A stretch of 64,000 nt of DNA, taken from contig JAUWIJ010000001.1 in the NCBI GenBank assembly GCA_030605415.1, forward strand, positions 568-64,567, written 5' to 3'. The notes under the pieces are model-generated. The model saw only the letters and a program-made list of their open reading frames with translations, searched no databases and was not told where the DNA came from. A program made the translations under genes and the position numbers. Origin of the DNA: an archaeon. GTDB lineage: Archaea; Nanobdellota; Nanobdellia; Pacearchaeales; GW2011-AR1. Shown here in pieces: positions 38,352 to 47,967 of the stretch (position 1 is its first letter; every line of letters begins with the position of its first letter).

Positions 38352-40241
38352 TCACCTCAACCTAATCGTCTCCAAATTTTTAGGTACGGTTGTTTCAACT
38401 CGTTGAGATTTGTAAATACTTGACGCCAAATCCAAACACTTAGACTGCTCGCCGTGATTGATAATAATTTTTTTCGGCTTCGGATTTATATTATTTACAA
38501 ATGCCATTAGTTCGTTCCGAGATGAGTGTCCAGAAAATCCGTCAATACTCAAAAACTTTAATTTAATCGGAACGACCTCTTCTTTTCCGTTTACATTAAA
38601 CCTCGCCTCCTTCAATCCTTCCTTAAGTTGTCGGCCAAGTCCTTTCGGTGGCTGATAACAAGATAGACAGAGCCCATTGTTTGGACTATCTGCGAATTCT
38701 CTTAAATATTCAACCGATGCACCGCCGACAAGCATTCCCGATGTTGCCAGAACGATACACGGTCCGCCCTCAATTACATTCTTTCGTTCGTGTGGCGAGC
38801 CGACCTGACTAAATACTTCTGATACAAATGGATTCTTGTCTGCAAAAATACTTGCCCGAAGTGAATTCGACAAAAAATCAGGATACGCAGTATGAACCGC
38901 ATTGATATCCCAAATCATTCCGTCAATATAAATCGGAACCTTCGGAATTTTCCCGTTTTGCATCGCATCGTCCAGCAAAAGCATTTTCTCCTGAGCGTGA
39001 CCAGTTCCCAATTCGGGAAGCAACACTTTCCCGCCATTTGACACAACATCATTTACAAAATTAAGCAACTCTTCTTCAGATTCTTTTCGCGGAGGGTAAT
39101 TATTATCTCTACCACCATATGTCGCTTCAAGTTGCAGAGTTTCTAATCTTGGAAAATAAGATGTTGCGGATTCCAACGAACGCGATTTGCCGAATTTTAT
39201 GTCGCCAGAGTAAACGTAATTATGCAGTCCGTTTCCGATGTTAAAATGTATCATCGCGGAACCCAGTGTGTGACCGGCGTTGTAAAACGTGATTCGGATA
39301 TCAGGTGTAATATCAGTTACCTCCTGATAATTCAGCGTGATTGAATGCTTCACCATATTCCGAACATCAGACGATTTAAACAAAGGAGCGGCGGCTTGTT
39401 TATAAGCCACGCCAATAAAATCAAGTGCCATTAGCGCAGAAATATCCCGCGTCGGAGCGGTCATATAAACCGGACCTTTATATCCCATTTTGTACAAGTA
39501 GGGAATTAACCCTGAATGGTCAAGGTGCGCGTGCGACAAAATTACCGCATCAAGCGTTGACAAGTCCAGTTCCGGAGCTTCAAGATATGGATATTTATCT
39601 TTGCCACTTGAAGATACGTCCACACCACAATCAATTAACACTTTAGAAATCGGAGTTTGTAAAAGAAAACAACTTCGTCCAACCTGCCGTCCGCCCCCAA
39701 GTACCGTAATCCGAATCCATTCTTCTATTTTATCGGGGTTCCATCCCTTGTAAATTTTTTCACCAATACTATTTAAGAATTTTTTCCTGTAAGAATTATC
39801 CTGATACAGAACCTCTCTTATTTTGTCTGTGATTTTCGATTTAATCGCGGCCGAACGTTGAACTTGCGGAGTCCATAAAGTTTCGGCCTTAACTTCTTGT
39901 AAAACCGAGCCACCCTTCCCAATTGCCAATCCCGGTCTTTTCGCCTCGATAATCACTATGCTTCGCTGCGGGTCAAAAATTAATTGTGTCAGCTCGGCCT
40001 CTTTCGGAATTATATCTCGGATTTTTGCCTCAGTCTCTTCTTGCGGTACCAACAACGACTTATCCGCCCGCAATTCGACTCGTTTCTTAATTATATTTAC
40101 AATTTCTTTAATCTGGGAATCGCCACTTTTGAAAAACGCCACGTCGGTAGTATAAACTACAATATTAGCACCTTCAAATATCGACGAACCAATCACGCCC
40201 CGCGGTAATTGATTCTCTATTGTTTTTAGAATATCCGCCAT
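38352..40241 (-). CDS. fttA: Beta-CASP ribonuclease aCPSF1 / termination factor FttA
   Basis: N-terminal KH domains, SHAHLDH, AGHTLGS, FSGHS, NHGE, NLETIRL. Confidence 0.95.
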   Translation of the reverse strand: MADILKTIENQLPRGVIGSSIFEGANIVVYTTDVAFFKSGDSQIKEIVNIIKKRVELRADKSLLVPQEETEAKIRDIIPKEAELTQLIFDPQRSIVIIEAKRPGLAIGKGGSVLQEVKAETLWTPQVQRSAAIKSKITDKIREVLYQDNSYRKKFLNSIGEKIYKGWNPDKIEEWIRITVLGGGRQVGRSCFLLQTPISKVLIDCGVDVSSSGKDKYPYLEAPELDLSTLDAVILSHAHLDHSGLIPYLYKMGYKGPVYMTAPTRDISALMALDFIGVAYKQAAAPLFKSSDVRNMVKHSITLNYQEVTDITPDIRITFYNAGHTLGSAMIHFNIGNGLHNYVYSGDIKFGKSRSLESATSYFPRLETLQLEATYGGRDNNYPPRKESEEELLNFVNDVVSNGGKVLLPELGTGHAQEKMLLLDDAMQNGKIPKVPIYIDGMIWDINAVHTAYPDFLSNSLRASIFADKNPFVSEVFSQVGSPHERKNVIEGGPCIVLATSGMLVGGASVEYLREFADSPNNGLCLSCYQPPKGLGRQLKEGLKEARFNVNGKEEVVPIKLKFLSIDGFSGHSSRNELMAFVNNINPKPKKIIINHGEQSKCLDLASSIYKSQRVETTVPKNLETIRLR

Positions 40242-40247
40242 TTTAAA

Positions 40248-40913
40248 TTAATTATGTTCTTCATAAACCGCTTCGCTCTTTTGTTTCGAAACTTGTTTTA
40301 TTCCGTCTTTTGTAATTGTAAAAACATCAACACCACATCCCGAAGCAGTGTCTCTTTCCGAGGAAGCTTTAATTGCTTCAATCGCCAAAACAACTCCCTC
40401 TTCGATTGATAGGTCTTTTTTATATGATTTCTCCAAAAGCCCCAAAATATACGGCATTCCTGAAGAAAAATTTGCATCGAAGTCTTTTACTTTCATTACG
40501 CTACCAGCTGGTTCAATAGAATAGAGTTCCGTTGCGCCATCTTCATTTAGTCCGCCAACCATTAAGCCCGCAATAAATTGAATCATCGTGGGCTGACGAA
40601 TATTTTTGTAGTTCATTGCAGCAATCAGGTTTGCTGCTTCCTTAACTGTAGGTCTTTTTTTATCTCGTAATTCTTTGATTTTTAATTGGGCTTTTGCTAA
40701 TTTTTGTAACATATCTATATCCGAAGAAACTCCAGTTCCAGAAGTAATTAGATATTCATTAATTGGTATAATTTTATCTGCATTTTTATTCATTACAACT
40801 TGCCCGCCAGCCGTTGCCCGCCTGTCGCCTGCCATAACCACGCCGTCTTTACACACTATTCCAACTAAGCTCGTACCGCTTGACAAAATATTTTTTTTCA
40901 AATCCGTATCCAT
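40248..40913 (-). CDS. psmB: Proteasome subunit beta
   Basis: SG|TSLVGI, GDRRAT, ERDTASG; conserved position next to aCPSF1. Confidence 0.92.
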   Translation of the reverse strand: MDTDLKKNILSSGTSLVGIVCKDGVVMAGDRRATAGGQVVMNKNADKIIPINEYLITSGTGVSSDIDMLQKLAKAQLKIKELRDKKRPTVKEAANLIAAMNYKNIRQPTMIQFIAGLMVGGLNEDGATELYSIEPAGSVMKVKDFDANFSSGMPYILGLLEKSYKKDLSIEEGVVLAIEAIKASSERDTASGCGVDVFTITKDGIKQVSKQKSEAVYEEHN

Positions 40914-41033
40914 TTTAGAATTGTAGAGTAATCTCTAGAATTTATATTAATTCTTATTTTATTTTATTTATAAGGCTTTCGGTGGAAATTCTCTCGTGTA
41001 AATTTTTATAAAGGAGGTTATCATGAAAATTCT

Positions 41034-41435
41034 ATGAATTATGAGACTTTATTAGATAAAGCGTATGAAAATGTTAAGGCGACTGTTGAGTGCGGACGAT
41101 TTGAGATTTTGAAAGTTAAAGGACATCACGAGGGAACACGGACGGTGATTTCGAATTTTATGCAGGTCGCCATGTGCGTCAGACGGACACCAGAGCATTT
41201 ATTAAAATTTTTAACCAAAGAACTAGCCAGCTCAGGAGAAATCAAAGGAGAAAGACTAATTTTATCACGAAGATTGTCCAGTAAAGATATTAACGAAAAA
41301 ATTGAAAAATATGTAAATCGATTTGTGCTATGTCCAAAATGCAAAAAACCTGATACTGAGTTAAATGAAGAAAAAGGCAAGATGTTTTTGAGGTGTTTAG
41401 CGTGTGGAGAGAAACAAGAAATTCAAAAGATTTAA
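41034..41435 (+). CDS. eif2b: Translation initiation factor aIF-2 beta
   Basis: RFEI..TVISNF..KELAS; CPKCKKPDT..CLACG. Confidence 0.92.
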   Translation: MNYETLLDKAYENVKATVECGRFEILKVKGHHEGTRTVISNFMQVAMCVRRTPEHLLKFLTKELASSGEIKGERLILSRRLSSKDINEKIEKYVNRFVLCPKCKKPDTELNEEKGKMFLRCLACGEKQEIQKI

Positions 41436-41466
41436 CTTAAGAAATTAAATAAAATAGGAGGTAAAA

Positions 41467-41661
41467 ATGACAATTGAAGGAAGATGTATGAGATGTAAAG
41501 AACAAAAAGCTATGAAAGACGTTAAGATGACAAAAACGTCTCGTGGTGGCTTTATGGCTAAAGGAAAGTGTTCTGTATGCGGATGTGGCATGTGCAGAAT
41601 CATGTCTAAGGATAACGCCGAAAAAGCAGTAGCCGACGGCGAAGCCAAGAAAGCTTATTAG
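41467..41661 (+). CDS. Small Zn-binding protein (DUF5679-like)
   Basis: CMRC...KGKCSVCG; GGAGGT SD. Confidence 0.75.
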   Translation: MTIEGRCMRCKEQKAMKDVKMTKTSRGGFMAKGKCSVCGCGMCRIMSKDNAEKAVADGEAKKAY

Positions 41662-41674
41662 TTTTTATTTTAAT

Positions 41675-41698
41675 AATTCCCCTAGGGAGTGGGGAATT
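41675..41698 (+). terminator. Hairpin terminator
   Basis: AATTCCCC-N8-GGGGAATT followed by a T-tract. Confidence 0.55.
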
Positions 41699-41748
41699 TA
41701 ATTTTTTTATAAATTTAATCTAAATAATATTAAACATCCAAAGATAAT

Positions 41749-41836
41749 AAAAAAAAGTGGAAGGAAAACGACCGAAGTCGTTAACCAACCGATTATTTAA
41801 CCGAAGTTAAACAATATTCAACCGAAGTTGAATAAT
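41749..41836 (-). ncRNA. Candidate sRNA with three cUUCGg hairpins
   Basis: Stems at 41767-82, 41796-811, 41815-34, all with UUCG loops on the minus strand; TTTATATA box at 41855-62; T8 end. Confidence 0.6.
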
Positions 41837-41911
41837 AAACAATAAACAATTGAGTATATAAACATTTTGGTCGAACGATTATTTTATAAAGTCGTGAATT
41901 TTGTTTTTATT

Positions 41912-42217
41912 ATGGGAAAAATTTTATTGAAGATTCACAAATCGTATCGATGGGTCGTTGCCGTTTGCGATGAAGACATTTTTGGACGGAAGCTCGTCGA
42001 TGGAAAGCGAGTCATAGATGTAAGCGGGGAATTTTTTAATGGCAAGGAAATGAATAATAAAGAAGTAGCGACGGAAATTATAAGGTGCAACCGTGAAGAC
42101 GCGACTTTTAATCTTGTTGGAGAAAATTCAGTCAGAATTGCAAAAGAACTAGGAATTATAAAAAACGAAGGCATCGTCAGCATCGACGGAGTTCCGTTTG
42201 CATTAGTTTTACTGTGA
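41912..42217 (+). CDS. DUF424 family protein
   Basis: VVAVCDEDIFG...FF.G...NLVGENSV...IDGVP. Confidence 0.85.
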   Translation: MGKILLKIHKSYRWVVAVCDEDIFGRKLVDGKRVIDVSGEFFNGKEMNNKEVATEIIRCNREDATFNLVGENSVRIAKELGIIKNEGIVSIDGVPFALVLL

Positions 42218-42264
42218 CATAATTTTCTGGGTAGTTTTATAAAGCGATTTCTTTTTATCTAATT

Positions 42265-42621
42265 ATGGCATTTAGTAAATTTAAAGATAAGTCAAAAAAG
42301 AACAAAGAAAGAGTTTTTGTTCCGGGACAAGAAGGACCAGTCCGAGTGAAGCTACCGCACGGGCGCGAGATTATCGGAATTATTACACAGAGATGTGGTG
42401 CGAGCCGAATGATGGTTTCATGTATGGACGGTAAAACAAGAAATTGCCGAGTGCCCGGCAGAAAGAGAAGAGGATTATGGCTAAGAGAAGGAGACGCGAT
42501 TATCATTGAGCCGTGGGAATTTGATGATGACAAGGGAGATGTCTTGTTTAAATATACAATAAATCAAGTTACGAAGCTGAAGCAGATGGGGAAGCTAACT
42601 ACTGATGAAAATGAGTTTTAA
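42265..42621 (+). CDS. eif1a: Translation initiation factor aIF-1A
   Basis: CMDGKTRNCRVPGR...WLREGD..EPWEF. Confidence 0.92.
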   Translation: MAFSKFKDKSKKNKERVFVPGQEGPVRVKLPHGREIIGIITQRCGASRMMVSCMDGKTRNCRVPGRKRRGLWLREGDAIIIEPWEFDDDKGDVLFKYTINQVTKLKQMGKLTTDENEF

Positions 42622-42671
42622 TTCTTCCGAATACTAACATAGTTTTAAAAGTTTGATATCTGTTAAATGGT

Positions 42672-42947
42672 ATGAGATTGAGAAATAGCGCCTTGGTTTT
42701 GTTGTTAGTTATGTCGATTGGTGCGGCTGGTTGTGTGAAATCCGAGAAACGGAATCCTTATAGTCAGGTGCCTACGAACCCTCAAGAGTATCAACGATTT
42801 ATAGATACTAAACGTCATTATGATAACCAGACGCGCAAAGGGAAATGGGCGGGGCAGTATAAATCCGGTAAGCCAATACGCAGAATACCGACTGAGTCGT
42901 ATAATGGATATCGAAGTTTAAAGAGGGGAATAAAGAGAGGATATTAA
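42672..42947 (+). CDS. Putative lipoprotein
   Basis: Signal peptide ending AAGC. Confidence 0.55.
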   Translation: MRLRNSALVLLLVMSIGAAGCVKSEKRNPYSQVPTNPQEYQRFIDTKRHYDNQTRKGKWAGQYKSGKPIRRIPTESYNGYRSLKRGIKRGY

Positions 42948-42986
42948 ATCCCACAATCTTATAAACTTCTTTTTATTTATTGTAAT

Positions 42987-43514
42987 ATGAGAAATGTGTT
43001 AGTTAATAATATGCAGAAGGTCAAGAAAGCTGTGCCTGTAATCGAAAATAAAGTTAAAGTTAAAATTGGCTTCGGAAAAGAAACTATTAGTATTAAAAGC
43101 ACAGAGCTAAACGAATATTTAATTGAACAAGTTATTCGGGCGGTTGATTTTGGATTTTGTGCTGATGATGCGTTGTTATTAATTAATGAGGATTTCGTTT
43201 TGGAATTTATTGAGGTTAAAGAACACACAAGACGAAAGAATTTGAAAGATGTCCGGGCGCGATTGATTGGAACGGGGGGAAAAGCGCGGAAGACAATTGA
43301 AAACCTGACCGGAGCGGAAATTGTTATTCATGGAAACACCGTCGGTGTAATCGTTGATTCAATTCATTTGGACGCAGTTGTGCAAGCAATAGAATCATTA
43401 ATTCAGGGAGCCAAACACGGGAATGTTTTTGCGTATTTAGAAAAACAGAACATCTCAAGACGAAAATTTGAGGAAGATGATTTAGGTTTGAAGAAAGGAG
43501 TTAAGACAGATTAA
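42987..43514 (+). CDS. KH-domain RNA-processing protein (Dim2/Pno1 family)
   Basis: RLIGTGGKARKTIENLT; GAKHGNVFAYLE. Confidence 0.88.
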   Translation: MRNVLVNNMQKVKKAVPVIENKVKVKIGFGKETISIKSTELNEYLIEQVIRAVDFGFCADDALLLINEDFVLEFIEVKEHTRRKNLKDVRARLIGTGGKARKTIENLTGAEIVIHGNTVGVIVDSIHLDAVVQAIESLIQGAKHGNVFAYLEKQNISRRKFEEDDLGLKKGVKTD

Positions 43515-43562
43515 GAACGAGATTAGTTAGTTTTAAAAATGATTTAAATTTCTATTTATTAT

Positions 43563-43665
43563 GCTTTCGTAGCTCAGCAGGTAGAGCGCACGGCTGTTAC
43601 ATGGGTTTGCTTTGGTAGATTTTGCAGAGACCGTGATGTCGGAGGTTCGAGTCCTCCCGAAAGCG
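43563..43665 (+). tRNA. tRNA-Asn(GTT) with a 30-nt intron at 37/38 (43600-43629)
   Basis: GCTTTCG/CGAAAGC acceptor, GCTC/GAGC D-stem, CACGG/CCGTG anticodon stem, GGAGG-TTCGAGT-CCTCC; BHB-compatible CTGT/GCAG helix; CCA not encoded. Confidence 0.93.
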
Positions 43666-44216
43666 TAGCTGAGTCGAACCGACGACGTCGGAGGCGAAAA
43701 CCTTTGCTCGAATTTTGCACAAACAGAAATATATCGCAAAATTTCAGAGTGAAGTTTGAGTAGAGTCCTCCCGAAAGCGTAGCTGAGTAGGACATCGAAC
43801 CGTAGACGTCGGAGGCGAGCAATTTACTCGAATTTTTCTCAACAAGAAAATAAAATCGACAAAATTTCAGTGTGCCCCGCCCAGTTTCAAATATATTTGG
43901 TAGGGTATAGAGTGAAGTTTGAGTAGAGTCCTCCCGAAAGCGTAGCTGAGTAGGACATCGAACCGTAGATTGTCGGTGTGAGTTTCGAGCTGTTTGACTA
44001 AATCCAAATACACAAATTGCTCGGAACGAAAGAAAATCTTTGCTCCTCGCAGAGGTTCCTGTGACCCTTGTGGTTACGAATTTTGTCTAAAAAATAAAAA
44101 TAAAATCGACAAAATTTCAGTATGCCCCGCCCAGTTTCAAATATATTTGGTAGGGTATAGAGTGAAGTTTGAGCAGAGTCCTCCCCGAAGTGTAGTTAAG
44201 TCAAACCGACGACGTC
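43650..44216 (+). repeat. Tandem tRNA-Asn-derived repeats
   Basis: GAGTCCTCCCGAAAGCGTAGCTGAGT recurs at about 43763 and 43926, degenerate at about 44176. Confidence 0.85.
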
Positions 44217-44271
44217 TAACACCCAAACCAATTTCCAAATAATTTATAAACTTCTTTTTCTATTTTATTCT

Positions 44272-44838
44272 ATGAAATTAGATGATGCAATCAAACAAAG
44301 AAGGAGTGTTCGACGATTTGATTTGAAGAAACCAGATTGGCAGAAAATTATTCGGGCAATTGATTCGGCACGTTTTGCTCCATGTGCGGGGAACCAATTT
44401 GTAACAAAATTTATTTTAGTTTCGGATGAGAAGAAAATAAAAGAATTAGCGACGGCATCTCAGCAAAATTTTGTCGGAACCGCCAAATACATTGTCGTCG
44501 CTATTTCAGACGATTCTAATTTAATTAGGGATTATGACAAGAGGGGAACTCGTTATTGTGCACAACAGGCAGGAGCGGCGATTGAAAATTTTTTATTAGC
44601 CCTAATGGATCAAAAGTTAGTGACGACGTGGGTTGGGCATTTTTATGAAGAACAAGTCAGAAGAACTTTAGGCATTCCCGAAGGTCTACATATTGAAGCA
44701 CTTTTTCCGATTGGCATTGAGACTAAGATAAAAACAAGAGAGAAAAGAAAAATAAATTTAGACCACATTCTTTATTTCGATAAATGGAAGAATAATAAAA
44801 TGGCGCCGATGATTAAAGTAAGTAAGGAAGCTATTTAA
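44272..44838 (+). CDS. Nitroreductase family protein
   Basis: AIKQRRSVRRF, APCAGNQ, AIENFLL. Confidence 0.9.
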   Translation: MKLDDAIKQRRSVRRFDLKKPDWQKIIRAIDSARFAPCAGNQFVTKFILVSDEKKIKELATASQQNFVGTAKYIVVAISDDSNLIRDYDKRGTRYCAQQAGAAIENFLLALMDQKLVTTWVGHFYEEQVRRTLGIPEGLHIEALFPIGIETKIKTREKRKINLDHILYFDKWKNNKMAPMIKVSKEAI

Positions 44839-44884
44839 TTTAATTTTAATTTTTAGCGAAAATAAAAATAATTGTTTATAAAAA

Positions 44885-45169
44885 CTAATAATTAAAATTC
44901 TTTTCAAATAATAAGTAAGGTTGATTTTTTACCATATTGCATATATCTTCTTTAAATGAAACAATATAGGATAAAAAAGAAGCTTTATCGTTGTAAGAAT
45001 TGTTTTCGTCATACATTCTATTTTGAGAGAAGCAAAACCATTGTTTTAATGCGAATTCTTGTCCCAATATCTTAGATGAAGGGATGTTTAGATAACTTCT
45101 TTCATTGGTAACAAGAAGTTCGATTCTTTTTTGCAAAAAACTTTTCTTGTTTACATCAATTTTTTCCAT
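44885..45169 (-). CDS. Hypothetical protein
   Basis: 94-aa ATG ORF. Confidence 0.45.
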   Translation of the reverse strand: MEKIDVNKKSFLQKRIELLVTNERSYLNIPSSKILGQEFALKQWFCFSQNRMYDENNSYNDKASFLSYIVSFKEDICNMVKNQPYLLFEKNFNY

Positions 45170-45247
45170 TTAAATATAATTCCTGAATTTATCATTAATA
45201 TATTCACATCCGTAGAGTATATAAAAATTGTGGTAACAAAATCCAAC

Positions 45248-45269
45248 CCTCTGCTCGTAAGAGCAGAGG
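45248..45269 (-). terminator. Hairpin downstream of ftsZ
   Basis: CCTCTGCTC-GTAA-GAGCAGAGG. Confidence 0.55.
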
Positions 45270-45300
45270 AATAAAAATAAAAATAAAAATATTTTTTGAC

Positions 45301-46380
45301 TTAACTTAAATCATCTAAGCCAAGTTCGTTGACGCTGATTTTTTCTTCGTTGTCGAAACTACTGGTATTTTTTCCTAAGATGTAAGGGGATTTTACTCCC
45401 GTCATAATTGTAATGACTCTTACTCTTCCCTGGAATTCTTTATTGACTCTTGCTCCGATGATAACCTGTGCTTCTGGTGACAAGTTTTCGGTTACGAGTC
45501 GTCCAATAGTGTCGAATTCTTCAAGTTTTAAATCAGGACCGCACGTAATGTGAATCAACGCTCCAGTCGCGCCCCTATAATCTACATCCAACAACGGATG
45601 CGTCAGAGCTTGCTGTACCGCTGCGTCTACCCGTGTGCTCGAATTATCTTCGCCGATACCAATCACTGCTACGTCGCCGTTTCTCATAATCGAAGATACG
45701 TCTGCATAGTCCAGATTAATTAATGACGGAAGAGTGATTGTCTCAACAATACCCTTAATCATTGTGGAAACCAACTCGTTCGCAACCGCAAAAGCTTGTT
45801 CCATTGGTAACTGACCAGCGATGTCGACTAACCGATTATTGTCTAATACAATTACCGTATCAACCGTTTCTCTCAATTCCTGAAGACCGAACTCCGCCTT
45901 ATCAATTCTTGCTTTTTCTGCCTCAAAAGGCATTGTAACTACCGCGATTACTACCGCGCCTGCTTCCTTAGCTAATTGAGCAACTACTGGAATGGACCCA
46001 GTTCCGGACCCGCCTCCCATACCAGCCAGAACAAAAACCATATCCGAATTCGAAACAGCTTTTTTCAAGTCAGTAAGAGATTCCTTAGCAGCCTCTCGTC
46101 CTTTTTTAGGGTATCCTCCGCATCCAAGACCTCGTGTCAATTCCTTACCTATAAGGATTTTTTCGTCAGTCTTTGTGATAGATAAATGAAGCGCGTCGGT
46201 ATTGATACCGTAAATTGTCGCACCACTAATACCTTTATTGAAAAGCCAGGTAGCCATATTACATCCACAACCACCCATTCCGAAAACTTTAATGTTAGCT
46301 TTTCCAGCTTTCAAATCGTCAAAATTAATGGAGTTCGCCTCCGCAGTTTGTATCGCTTCTTTTGCAAAATCTAATGGCAT
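45301..46380 (-). CDS. ftsZ: Cell division protein FtsZ
   Basis: GMGGCGCN, INTD, GMGGGSGTG, INLDYADV; GGAGGT SD. Confidence 0.96.
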   Translation of the reverse strand: MPLDFAKEAIQTAEANSINFDDLKAGKANIKVFGMGGCGCNMATWLFNKGISGATIYGINTDALHLSITKTDEKILIGKELTRGLGCGGYPKKGREAAKESLTDLKKAVSNSDMVFVLAGMGGGSGTGSIPVVAQLAKEAGAVVIAVVTMPFEAEKARIDKAEFGLQELRETVDTVIVLDNNRLVDIAGQLPMEQAFAVANELVSTMIKGIVETITLPSLINLDYADVSSIMRNGDVAVIGIGEDNSSTRVDAAVQQALTHPLLDVDYRGATGALIHITCGPDLKLEEFDTIGRLVTENLSPEAQVIIGARVNKEFQGRVRVITIMTGVKSPYILGKNTSSFDNEEKISVNELGLDDLS

Positions 46381-46399
46381 ATTCTCTTTTTTAAACCTC

Positions 46400-46561
46400 C
46401 TTTCAATAAATTGACTGAATTTATTGGGTGAAGCACCTCTGGTGCTACTTTCAAATCTTTCAGTATGACAAGATTTGCATGATGGACATTTGGTCTTTCT
46501 TTCAAATCTTTCAGTATGACAAGATTTGCATGATAGTTTTCCAAACTTTCTTTCAATAAAT
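46400..46561 (-). repeat. Structured repeat array in the ftsZ leader (two identical 36-mers, 15-nt spacers, TTGAAAG ends)
   Basis: 46448-46483 = 46499-46534; ATTTATTGAAAG at 46400-46411 and 46550-46561. Confidence 0.85.
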
Positions 46562-46625
46562 GAAATGTATAATAATAAGGGGATATTTTTATTTAAAAAG
46601 ATATATGTGGTTGGAGGCGTTGTTA

Positions 46626-47864
46626 TCAGGGAGATATCCTGTTACTTTGCTTTGTTAGAACACTAAACGCCCATGGAATGTTGGCTGATTTTACATTAAG
46701 TTTCGTATCGCCTACGCCAGAATAGAATATGACAGTGTTTTTATCGGTTGGGTCTTTTAAAATTCCCATTGAAAACATTATATATTTTTTTTCATTCTTT
46801 CCAAATAGAGTATCTCCTTTTTCCATTGATGGTATTAGATAATTGTGTCTCTGTGCAGAAACTATTTGTCCGATTCGCGGGTCGTACTCAAATAATGAAC
46901 TTGTATAAAAAAATTTTGTAATATTATCTTCTTCTTTTCTTTCTACTCCGTGATAGTGTGCAATATATTTCCCGTTAATTAATATTGGAGGTCCTCCGAG
47001 TCCTATTTTTTCTGAGTTCCATGTTCCCGAGCCAGCTCTCAGCACTGTTGAGTAAGTTATGTTTTTAAGTTGGTTAGTCCAATATGTTTCTTCCAAAAAA
47101 TCTTCTATATTTTTTGCTTTTGCAATTTGAATATGCGGTTCAATTCGATGCCATAAATTCCATTCGTTTCTGCCGTAATTGAATTCAAGAGCGGCATCTT
47201 TGTCAGTTATAAGAAAATCCGAATCGGTTAAAAGCGGGTTTGATTTTAATTTTTCTGAGAGTCGTAATTTTGCGCAGTCTCGATATCCGAATTCTTCCGG
47301 AAGATATGCAATCGCTTTTTTGTAAGGAATTTGCGGTCCGATGATTCCAAAGGGAATTACTTTTTCGAAATTTTCGGTCAAATCTAATCTTATTCTTGGA
47401 TTTCTGCCATCAAATGCCACAGAAGTTAGTGCATAGATTTTCTCTTTTGTAAATTCGTTTCTGATTTTGTCTGGAAGTTTGTCTCGTGGGATTTGTGTTA
47501 TTCGTGTGTCTTCTATTCCATTTTGGGAGAATTTGTCGTCTTGTCCGAGGAGCATTTGTTTGTTGTAGTGTATTTTAAATGGGTCGTTTGGATCTATAAA
47601 CGCAAGATGTATTTCTGAAGATTCACCTCTTGTATTGTAGGCTTTTTTTATTACTCGGATTGTCATTGGATAACCGCAGATTTTTTTCTTTGTATCGATG
47701 TGAATTTCAGGATATACTGATGGGTTCAAAAATGCCAAAATCTCTGGATTGTTTTCGTCCGGACTTAAAAGGGTTTTTTCTTTGTCGATTATTGCTATCT
47801 CTAAACCAAGGATATTATCACTTTCCCTTACGCCATTAAATGGTTCAGCATAATCATCTTCCAT
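46626..47864 (-). CDS. GH130-like glycosidase/phosphorylase (beta-propeller)
   Basis: LNPS, GIEDTRIT, KDAAL, KIGLGGPPI, YHGV, YSGVGD. Confidence 0.7.
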   Translation of the reverse strand: MEDDYAEPFNGVRESDNILGLEIAIIDKEKTLLSPDENNPEILAFLNPSVYPEIHIDTKKKICGYPMTIRVIKKAYNTRGESSEIHLAFIDPNDPFKIHYNKQMLLGQDDKFSQNGIEDTRITQIPRDKLPDKIRNEFTKEKIYALTSVAFDGRNPRIRLDLTENFEKVIPFGIIGPQIPYKKAIAYLPEEFGYRDCAKLRLSEKLKSNPLLTDSDFLITDKDAALEFNYGRNEWNLWHRIEPHIQIAKAKNIEDFLEETYWTNQLKNITYSTVLRAGSGTWNSEKIGLGGPPILINGKYIAHYHGVERKEEDNITKFFYTSSLFEYDPRIGQIVSAQRHNYLIPSMEKGDTLFGKNEKKYIMFSMGILKDPTDKNTVIFYSGVGDTKLNVKSANIPWAFSVLTKQSNRISP

Positions 47865-47967
47865 AAAGCGGAGGAATTATTTTGGTTTTTAAGTCTTGTT
47901 ATTTTTGTGTTGAAATTTGTTGGTTTACTTATAAAGAGATGTATTTAGAAAGTGCTATTCACAAAAA

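Noticed and set aside
46448..46534. Canonical CRISPR array
   Set aside because: Only two identical repeats, 15-nt self-complementary spacers and no cas genes in the window; kept as a leader structure instead
46371..46556. 61-aa ORF upstream of ftsZ
   Set aside because: TTG start, no SD; the open frame follows from the 51-nt repeat period
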